A stretch of 64,000 nt of DNA from Utricularia gibba (taxonomy: Eukaryota; Plantae; Magnoliophyta). Every line of letters begins with the position of its first letter. Position 1 is the first letter of the stretch. Location of the stretch: NCBI GenBank assembly GCA_002189035.1, contig NEEC01000149.1, positions 1,676-65,675 of the forward strand, read 5' to 3'. The notes beneath the pieces were generated by a model. It saw only the letters and a list, made by a program, of their open reading frames with translations. It searched no databases and was not told where the DNA came from. Position numbers and translations under genes: made by a program. Shown one piece after another: positions 53,901-64,000 of the stretch.

Positions 53901-56900
53901 CAGCTTCTCGTTTTGTGGCGGCCAGTCTCGCTGGAACTTGGTCCTTGACCCCGATTATGTATGCTCATGAGGTCAACCGGATGCAAATCGATTAAAAAAA
54001 TGATGCCTTTGTTTAAATTACGATATCACGTGCACCCCACATGATTTTTTCAACAACTTACTTTATACTTGAGGAGGCGGTGGGTGCACCTAGAACGGGA
54101 CAAAGGTCAGGTTTGGCTTGCGCCGAGAGTTAGTTGTAGCTCGGAAAATAAAGTGATGTATTTATTAACGTTCAGTTTTGGGGGCTGCCTACATGGTTTT
54201 TCAAGGAACAGCTTCTCGTTTTGTGGCGGCCAGTCTCGCTGGGAACTTGGTCCTTGACCCCGATTCTGTATGGCTCATGAGGTCAACCGGATGCAAATCG
54301 ATTAAAAAAAATGATGCCTTTGTTTAAATTACGATATCACGTGCACCCCACATGATTTTTTCAACAACTTACTTTATACTTGCGGTCTTGGGTGCACCTG
54401 AACGGGACAAAGGTCAGGTTTGGCTTGCGCCGAGAGTTAGTTGTAACTCGGAAAATAAAGTGATGTATTTATTAACGTTCAGTTTTGGGGGGCTGCCTAC
54501 ATGGTTTTTCAAGGAACAGCTTCTCGTTTTGTGGCGGCCAGTCTCGCTGGGAACTTGGTCCTTGACCCCGATTATGTATGCTCATGAGGTCAACCGGATG
54601 CAAATCGATTAAAAAAAAATGATGCCTTTGTTTAAATTACGATATCACGTGCACCCCACATGATTTTTTCAACAACTTACTTTATACTTGGGAGGCGGTC
54701 TTGGGGTGCACCTAGAACGGGACAAAGGTCAGGTTTGGCTTGCGCCGAGAGTTAGTTGTACTCGGAAAATAAAGTGATGTATTTATTAACGTTCAGTTTT
54801 GGGGGCTGCCTACATGGTTTTTCAAGGAACAGCTTCTCGTTTTGTGGCGGCCAGTCTCGCTGGGAACTTGGTCCTTGACCCGATTCTGTATGCTCATGAG
54901 GTCAACCGGATGGAAATCGATTAAAGAAAATGATGCCTTTCTTTAAATTACGATATCACGTGCACCCCACATGATTTTTTCAACAACTTGCTTTATACTT
55001 GAGGAGGCGTCTTGGGGTGCACCTAGAACGGGACAAAGGTCAGGTTTGGCTTGCGCCGAGAGTTAGTTGTAGCTCGGAAATAAAGTGATGTATTTATTAA
55101 CGTTCAGTTTTGGGGGCTGCCTACATGGTTTTTCAAGGAACAGCTTCTCGTTTTGTGGGCCAGTCTCGCTGGGAACTTGGTCCTTGACCCCGACTCATGA
55201 GGTCAACCGGATGCAAATCGATTAAAAATGATGCGTTTAAAATTACGATATCACGTGCACCCCACATGATTTTTTAACAACTTACTTTATACTTGAGGAG
55301 GCGGTCTTGGGTGCACCTAGAACGGGACAAAGGTCAGGTTTGGCTTGCGCCGAGAGTTAGTTGTAGCTCGGAAAATAAGTGATGTATTTATTAACGTTCA
55401 GTTTTTGGGGGCTGCCTACATGGTTTTTCAAGGAACAGCTTCTCGTTTTGTGGCGGCCAGTCTCGCTGGGAACTTGGTCCTTGACCCCGATTATGTATGG
55501 CTCATGAGGTCAACCGGATGCAAATCGATTAAAAAAAATGATGCCTTTGTTTAAATTACGATATCACGTGCACCCCACATGATTTTTTCAACAACTTACT
55601 TTATACTTGGGAGGCGGTCTTGGGTGCACCTGAACGGGACAAAGGTCAGGTTTGGCTTGCGCCGAGAGTTAGTTGTAGCTCGGAAAATAAAGTGATGTAT
55701 TTATTAACGTTCAGTTTTGGGGGCTGCCTACATGGTTTTTCAAGGAACAGCTTCTCGTTTTGTGGCGGCCAGTCTCGCTGGGAACTTGGTCCTTGACCCC
55801 GATTATGTATGCTCATGAGGTCAACCGGATGCAAATCGATTAAAAAAAATGATGCCTTTTTTAAATTACGATATCACGTGCACCCCACATGATTTTTTCA
55901 ACAACTTACTTTATACTTGGGAGGCGGTCTTGGGTGCACCTAGAACGGGACAAAGGTCAGGTTTGGCTTGCGCCGAGAGTTAGTTGTAGCTCGGGTGATG
56001 TATTTATTAACGTTCAGTTTTGGGGGCTGCCTACATGGTTTTTCAAGGAACAGCTTCTCGTTTTGTGGCGGCCAGTCTCGCTGGGAACTTGGTCCTTGAC
56101 CCCGATTCTGTATGCTCATGAGGTCAACCGGATGCAAATCGATTAAAAAAAATGATGCCTTTGTTTAAATTACGATATCACGTGCACCCCACATGATTTT
56201 TTCAACAACTTACTTTATACTTGGGAGGCGGTCTTGGGTGCACCTGAACGGACAAAGGTCAGGTTTGGCTTGCGCCGAGAGTTAGTTGTAAAATAAAGTG
56301 ATGTATTTATTAACGTTCAGTTTTGGGGGGCTGCCTACATGGTTTTTCAAGGAACAGCTTCTCGTTTTGTGGCGGCCAGTCTCGCTGGAACTTGGTCCTT
56401 GACCCCGATTCTGTATGGCTCATGAGGTCAACCGGATGCAAATCGATTAAAAAAATGATGCCTTTGTTTAAATTACGATATCACGTGCACCCCACATGAT
56501 TTTTTCAACAACTTACTTTATACTTGAGGAGGCGGTCTTGGGTGCACTAGAACGGGACAAAGGTCAGGTTTGGCTTGCGCCGAGAGTTAGTTGTAGCTCG
56601 GAAATAAAGTGATGTATTTATTAACGTTCAGTTTTGGGGGGCCTACATGGTTTTTCAAGGAACAGCTTCTCGTTTTGTGGCGGCCAGTCTCGCTGGGAAC
56701 TTGGTCCTTGACCCCGATTATGTATGCTCATGAGGTCAACCGGATGCAAATCGATTAAAAAAATGATGCTTTGTTTAAATTACGATATCACGTGCACCCA
56801 CATGATTTTTTCAACAACTTACTTTATACTTGAGGAGGCGGTCTTGGGGTGCACCTAGAACGGGACAAAGGTCAGGTTTGGCTTGCGCCGAGAGTTAGTT

Positions 56901-59900
56901 GTAGCTCGGAAAATAAAGTGATGTATTTATTAACGTTCAGTTTTCGGGGGCCTACATGGTTTTTCAAAACAGCTTCTCGTTTTGTGGCGCCAGTCTCGCT
57001 GGAACTTGGTCCTTGACCCCGATTCTCATGAGGTCAACCGGATGCAAATTGATTAAAAAATGATGCTTTTTAAATTACGATATCACGTGCACCCCACATG
57101 ATTTTTAACAACTTTTATACTTGAGGAGGCGGTCTTGGGGTGCACCTAGAACGGGACAAAGGTCAGGTTTGGCTTGCGAGAGTTAGTTGTAGCTCGGAAA
57201 TAAAGTGATGTATTTATTAACGTTCAGTTTTGGGGGCTGCCTACATGGTTTTCAAGGAACAGCTTCTCGTTTTGTGGCGGCCAGTCGCTGGGAATTGGTC
57301 CTTGACCCCGATTGTATGGCTCATGAGGTCAACCGGATGCAAATCGATTAAAAAAATGATGCCTTTTTTAAATTACGATATCACGTGCACCCACATGATT
57401 TTTTCAACAACTTACTTTATACTTGAGGAGGCGGTCTTGGGGTGCACCTAGAACGGGACAAAGGTCAGGTTTGGCTTGCGCCGAGAGTTAGTTGTAGCTC
57501 GGAAAATAAAGTGATGTATTTATTAACGTTCAGTTTTGGGGGGCTGCCTACATGGTTTTTCAAGGAACAGCTTCTCGTTTTGTGGCGGCCAGTCTCGCTG
57601 GGAACTTGGTCCTTGACCCCGATTATGTATGCTCATGAGGTCAACCGGATGCAAATCGATTAAAAAAATGATGCAAATTACGATATCACGTGCACCCCAC
57701 ATGATTTTTTCAACAACTTACTTTATACTTGAGGAGGCGGTCTTGGGTGCACCTGAACGGGACAAAGGTCAGGTTTGGCTTGCGCGAGAGTTAGTTGTAG
57801 CTCGGAAAATAAGTGATGTATTTATTAACGTTCAGTTTTGGGGGCTGCCTACATGGTTTTTCAAGGAACAGCTTCTCGTTTTGTGGCGGCCAGTCTCGCT
57901 GGAACTTGTCCTTGACCCGATTCTGTATGGCTCATGAGGTCAACCGGATGCAAATCGATTAAAAAAATGATGCCTTTGTTTAAATTACGATATCACGTGC
58001 ACCCCACATGATTTTTTCAACAACTTTTTATACTTGATCTTGGGTGCACCTAGAACGGGACAAAGGTCAGAGAGTTAGTTGTAAAAATAAAGTGATGTAT
58101 TTATTAACGTTCAGTTTTGGGGGCTGCCTACATGGTTTTTCAAGGAACAGCTTCTCGTTTTGTGGCGCCAGTCTCGCTGGGAACTTGGTCCTTGACCCCG
58201 ATTATGTATGCTCATGAGGTCAACCGGATGCAAGATTAAAAAAAATGATGCCTTTTTTAAATTACGATATCACGTGCACCCCACATGATTTTTTCAACAA
58301 CTTGCTTTATACTTGAGGAGGCGGTCTTGGGGTGCACCTGAACGGGACAAAGGTCAGGTTTGGCTTGCGCCGAGAGTTAGTTGTACTCGGCAAATAAAGT
58401 GATGTATTTATTAACGTTCAGTTTTCGGGGGCTGCCTACATGGTTTTTCAACAGCTTCTCGTTTTGTGGCGGCCAGTCTCGCTGGGAACTACCCCGATTA
58501 TGGCTCATGAGGTCAACCGGATCGATTAAAAAAATGATGCCTTTTTTAAATTACGATATCACGTGCACCCCACATGATTTTTTCAACAACTTTTTATACT
58601 TGACCTAGAACGGGACAAAGGTCAGGTTTGGCTTGCGCCGAGAGTTAGTTGTAGCTCGGAAATAAAGTGATGTATTTATTAACGTTCAGTTTTGGGGGCC
58701 TACATGGTTTTTCAAGGAACAGCTTCTCGTTTTGTGGCGGCCAGTCTCGCTGGAACTTGGTCCTTGACCCCGATTATGTATGGCTCATGAGGTCAACCGG
58801 ATGCAAATCGATTAAAAAAATGATGCCTTTTTTAAATTACGATATCACGTGCACCCCACATGATTTTTTCAACAACTTACTTTATACTTGAGGAGGCGGT
58901 CTTGGGGTGCACCTGAACGGGACAAAGGTCAGGTTTGGCTTGCGCCGAGAGTTAGTTGTAGCTCGGAAATAAAGTGATGTATTTATTAACGTTCAGTTTT
59001 TGGGGGCTGCCTACATGGTTTTTCAAGGAACAGCTTCTCGTTTTGTGGCGGCCAGTCTCGCTGGGAACTTGACCCCGATTCTGTATGGCTCATGAGGTCA
59101 ACCGGATGGAAATCGATTAAAAAATGATGCCTTTGTTTAAATTACGATATCACGTGCACCCCACATGATTTTTTCAACAACTTACTTTATACTTGGGAGG
59201 CGGTCTTGGGTGCACCTAGAACGGGACAAAGGTCAGGTTTGGCTTGCGCCGAGAGTTAGTTGTATAAAGTGATGTATTTATTAACGTTCAGTTTGGGGCT
59301 GCCTACATGGTTTTTCAAGGAACAGCTTCTCGTTTTGTGGCGGCCAGTCTCGCTGGGAACTTGGTCCTTGACCCGATTATGTATGCTCATGAGGTCAACC
59401 GGATGCAAATGATTAAAAAAATGATGCCTTTGTTAAATTACGATATCACGTGCACCCACATGATTTTTTGTTGAGGAGGCGGTCTTGGGGTGCACCGGGA
59501 CAAAGGTCAGGTTTGGCTTGCGCTTAGTTGTTAAAAAATAAAGTGATGTATTTATTAACGTTCAGTTTTGGGGGGCTGCCTACATGGTTTTTCAAGGAAC
59601 AGCTTCTCGTTTTGTGGCGGCCAGTCTCGCTGGGAACTTGGTCCTTGACCCCGATTCTGTATGGCTCATGAGGTCAACCGGATGCAAATCGATTAAAAAA
59701 TGATGCCTTTTTAAATTACGATATCACGTGCACCCCACATGATTTTTTCAACAACTTACTTTATACTTGAGGAGGCGGTCTTGGGGTGCACCTAAACGGG
59801 ACAAAGGTCAGGTTTGGCTTGCGCCGAGAGTTAGTTGTAGTCGGAAAATAAAGTGATGTATTTATTAACGTTCAGTTTTGGGGGCTGCCTACATGGTTTT

Positions 59901-62900
59901 TCAAGGAACAGCTTCTCGTTTTGTGGCGGCCAGTCTCGCTGGGAACTTGGTCCTTGACCCCGATTATGTATGCTCATGAGGTCAACCGGATGCAAATCGA
60001 TTAAAAAAAATGATGCCTTTGTTTAAATTACGATATCACGTGCACCCCACATGATTTTTTCAACAACTTACTTTATACTTGGAGGCGGTCTTGGGGTGCA
60101 CCTAGAACGGGACAAAGGTCAGGTTTGGCTTGCGCCGAGAGTTAGTTGTAGCTCGGAAAATAAAGTGATGTATTTATTAACGTTCAGTTTTCGGGGGCTG
60201 CCTACATGGTTTTTTCAAGGAACAGCTTCTCGTTTTGTGGCGGCCAGTCTCGCTGGGAACTTGGTCCTTGACCCCGATTATGTATGCTCATGAGGTCAAC
60301 CGGATGCAAATTGATTAAAAAATGATGCCTTTGTTTAAATTACGATATCACGTGCACCACATGATTTTTCAACAACTTACTTTATACTTGAGGAGGCGGT
60401 CTTGGGGTGCACCTAGAACGGGACAAAGGTCAGGTTTGGCTTGCGCCGAGAGTTAGTTGTAGCTCGGCAAATAAAGTGATGTATTTATTAACGTTCAGTT
60501 TTCGGGGCTGCCTACATGGTTTTTCAAGGAACAGCTTCTCGTTTTGTGGCGGCCAGTCTCGCTGGGAACTTGGTCCTTGACCCCGATTCTGTATGGCTCA
60601 TGAGGTCAACCGGATGGAAATCGATTAAAAAAATGATGCCTTTCTTTAAATTACGATATCACGTGCACCCCACATGATTTTTTCAACAACTTACTTTATA
60701 CTTGGGAGGCGGTCTTGGGGTGCACCTGAACGGGACAAAGGTCAGGTTTGGCTTGCGCCGAGAGTTAGTTGTAGCTCGGAAAATAAAGTGATGTATTTAT
60801 TAACGTTCAGTTTTGGGGGCTGCCTACATGGTTTTTCAAGAACAGCTTCTCGTTTTGTGGCGGCCAGTCTCGCTGGGAACTTGGTCCTTGACCCCGATTA
60901 TGTATTGCTCATGAGGTCAACCGGATGCAAATATTAAAAAAATGATGCCTTTGTTTAAATTACGATATCACGTGCACCCCACATGATTTTTTCAACAACT
61001 TACTTTATACTTGAGGAGGCGGTCTTGGGGTGCACCTAGAACGGGACAAAGGTCAGGTTTGGCTTGCGCCGAGAGTTAGTTGTAGCTCGGAAAATAAAGT
61101 GATGTATTTATTAACGTTCAGTTTTGGGGCTGCCTACATGGTTTTTCAAGGAACAGCTTCTCGTTTTTGTGGCGGCCAGTCTCGCTGGGAACTTGGTCCT
61201 TGACCCCGATTCTGTATGCTCATGAGGGATGCAAATCGATTAAAAAAAGCCTTTGTTTAAATTACGATATCACGTGCACCCCACATGATTTTTCAACTTA
61301 CTTTATACTTGAGGAGGCGGTCTTGGGGTGCACCTAGAACGGGACAAAGGTCAGGTTTGGCTTGCGCCGAGAGTTAGTTGTATCGGAAAATAAAGTGATG
61401 TATTTATTAACGTTCAGTTTTCGGGGGCTGCCTACATGGTTTTTCAAGGAACAGCTTCTCGTTTTGTGGCGCCAGTCTCGCTGGGAACTTGGTCCTTGAC
61501 CCCGATTATGTATGCTCATGAGGTCAACCGGATGCAAATCGATTAAAAAAAATGATGCCTTTGTTTAAATTACGATATCACGTGCACCCCACATGATTTT
61601 TTCAACAACTTACTTTATACTTGAGGAGGCGGTCTTGGGGTGCACGAACGGACAAAGGTCAGGTTTGGCTTGCGCCGAGAGTTAGTTGTTAAAGTGATGT
61701 ATTTATTAACGTTCAGTTTTCGGGGCTGCCTACATGGTTTTCAGCTTCTCGTTTTGTGGCGGCCAGTCTCGCTGGAACTTGACCCCGATTTGCTCATGAG
61801 GTCAACCGGATGAAATCGATTAAAAAAAATGATGCCTTTTTTAAATTACGATATCACGTGCACCCCACATGATTTTTTCAACAACTTACTTTATACTTGA
61901 GGAGGCGGTCTTGGGTGCACCTAGAACGGGACAAAGGTCAGGTTTGGCTTGCGCCGAGAGTTAGTTGTAGCTCGGAAACGTTCAGTTTTGGGGGCTGCCT
62001 ACATGGTTTTTCAAGGAACAGCTTCTCGTTTTGTGGCGGCCAGTCTCGCTGGGAACTTGGTCCTTGACCCCGATTCTGTATGCTCATGAGGTCAACCGGA
62101 TGCAAATCGATTAAAAAAATGATGCCTTTGTTTAAATTACGATATCACGTGCACCCCACATGATTTTTTCAACAACTTACTTTATACTTGAGGAGGCGGT
62201 CTTGGGTGCACCTGAACGGGACAAAGGTCAGGTTTGGCTTGCGCCGAGAGTTAGTTGTAGCTCGGAAATAAAGTGATGTATTTATTAACGTTCAGTTTTT
62301 GGGGGCTGCCTACATGGTTTTTCAAGGAACAGCTTCTCGTTTGGCGGCCAGTCTCGCTGGGAACTTGGTCCTTGACCCCGATTCTGTATGGCTCATGAGG
62401 TCAACCGGATGCAAATCGATTAAAAAAATGATGCCTTTTTAAATTACGATATCACGTGCACCCCACATGATTTTTTCAACAACTTACTTTATACTTGAGG
62501 AGGCGGTCTTGGGTGCACCTAGAACGGGACAAAGGTCAGGTTTGGCTTGCGCCGAGAGTTAGTTGTAGCTCGGCAAATAAAGTGATGTATTTATTAACGT
62601 TCAGTTTTGGGGGCTGCCTACATGGTTTTTCAAGGAACAGCTTCTCGTTTTGTGGCGGCCAGTCTCGCTGGGAACTTGGTCCTTGACCCCGATTGTATGC
62701 TCATGAGGTCAACCGGATGCAAATTGATTAAAAAAATGATGCCTTTGTTTAAATTACGATATCACGTGCACCCCACATGATTTTTTCAACAACTTACTTT
62801 ATACTTGAGGAGGCGGTCTTGGGTGCACCTAGAACGGGACAAAGGTCAGGTTTGGCTTGCGCCGAGAGTTAGTTGTAGCTCGGCAAATAAAGTGATGTAT

Positions 62901-64000
62901 TTATTAACGTTCAGTTTTCGGGGGCTGCCTACATGGTTTTTCAAGGAACAGCTTCTCGTTTTGGCGGCCAGTCTCGCTGGGAACTTGTCCTTGACCCCGA
63001 TTTGTATGGCTCATGAGGTCAACCGGATGCAAATCGATTAAAAAAAATGATGCCTTTGTTTAAATTACGATATCACGTGCACCCCACATGATTTTTTCAA
63101 CAACTTACTTTATACTTGAGGAGGCGGTCTTGGGGTGCACCTAGAACGGGACAAAGGTCAGGTTTGGCTTGCGCCGAGAGTTAGTTGTAGCTCGGAAAAT
63201 AAAGTGATGTATTTATTAACGTTCAGTTTTGGGGCTGCCTACATGGTTTTCAAGGAACAGCTTCTCGTTTTGTGGCGGCCAGTCTCGCTGGAACTTGGTC
63301 CTTGACCCCGATTCATGCTCATGAGGTCAACCGGATGCAAATCGATTAAAAAAATGATGCCTTTCTTTAAATTACGATATCACGTGCACCCACATGATTT
63401 TTTCAACAACTTACTTATACTTGTGGAGGCGGTCTTGGGGTGCACCTGGAACGGGACAAAGGTCAGGTTTGGCTTGCGCCGAGAGTTAGTTGTAGCACGG
63501 CAAATAAAGTGATGTATTTATTAACGTTCAGTTTTGGGGGCTGCCTACATGGTTTTTCAAGAACAGCTTCTCGTTTTGTGGCGGCCAGTCTCGCTGGGAA
63601 CTTGGTCCTTGACCCGATTATGTATTGCTCATGAGGTCAACCGGATGCAAATTGATTAAAAAAATGATGCCTTTTTAAATTACGATATCACGTGCACCCC
63701 ACATGATTTTTTCAACAACTTACTTTATACTTGAGGAGGCGGTCTTGGGGACCTAGAACGGGACAAAGGTCAGGTTTGGCTTGCGCCGAGAGTTAGTTGT
63801 AGCTCGGAAAATAAAGTGATGTATTTATTAACGTTCAGTTTTGGGGGCTGCCTACATGGTTTTTCAAGGAACAGCTTCTCGTTTTGTGGCGGCCAGTCTC
63901 GCTGGGAACTTGGTCCTTGACCCCGATTATGTATTGCTCATGAGGTCAACCGGATGCAAATTGATTAAAAAAAATGATGCCTTTGTTTAAATTACGATAT

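Larger units (their letters stand above)
1..64000. repeat. Tandem satellite DNA array, ~315-bp monomer, ~204 head-to-tail copies (estimate from 64000/~313), single orientation
   Basis: Landmark motifs (gatatcacgtgcacc, ggacaaaggt, catgaggtcaaccggatg) recur every ~310-316 bp across the whole window, e.g. monomer starts at 21777, 22092 and 22406. No non-repeat sequence was seen. Hand count of one clean monomer: A75 C64 G80 T96. Confidence 0.99.
17181..64000. repeat. Homogeneous monomeric satellite domain (~150 copies of the 315-bp unit, no stable HOR)
   Basis: Copies differ only at a few recurrent biallelic sites (ggc/ggaaaat, ttttc/tg, gattc/at, atc/ttgatt, gatgc/gg, tttg/cttt) and by small deletions. 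No type-II heads occur. Confidence 0.96.

Noticed and set aside
176-63634. The many 60-133 aa ORFs (e.g. MHLERDKGQVWLAPRV..., MVFQGTASRFVAASLAG...)
   Set aside because: They are the same frames of the repeat recurring every ~315 bp. Many begin at GTG/TTG, they are randomly broken by indels, and I recognise no domain, so there is no support for coding.
1-64000. CRISPR array or other repeat-spacer system
   Set aside because: There are no unique spacers; the whole unit is repeated, and no cas-like ORFs are present.
17181-64000. Rolling-circle concatemer of a 315-nt viroid-like or small circular element
   Set aside because: I saw no hammerhead core (CTGATGA...GAAA) on either strand and no rod-like self-complementarity. 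The fixed 5-mer HOR and locally clustered variants fit a chromosomal satellite better.
1-64000. Assignment to a named satellite family or species, or proof of centromere function
   Set aside because: I do not recognise the sequence and cannot run a search. It needs BLAST/Dfam/PlantSat comparison and CENH3 data.

Overview
The whole 64-kb window is one uninterrupted head-to-tail tandem satellite array. It has about 204 copies of a ~315-bp monomer (~46% GC), all in one orientation, with no unique sequence, credible gene, RNA gene or transposon; every ORF in the track is a reading frame of the repeat. There are three nested periodicities. (1) The 315-bp monomer is a cryptic, ancient dimer of two ~157-bp subunits (~54% identical by hand alignment). 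(2) From 1 to ~13,450 the monomers form a 5-mer higher-order repeat (HOR) of 1,561-1,574 bp, with five monomer types A-E that are ~5-13% diverged from the array consensus. (3) From ~13,450 the array switches in register to a near-homogeneous monomeric array. That array is interrupted once by an 8-monomer HOR island (14,870-17,180) that ends at the same junction. Most likely this is eukaryotic (peri)centromeric or heterochromatic satellite DNA; I cannot assign the species or a named family. Several local oddities and a rising deletion rate look like long-read consensus artefacts and are flagged as such. I found no protein-coding or RNA system; the interest lies in repeat architecture and evolution.
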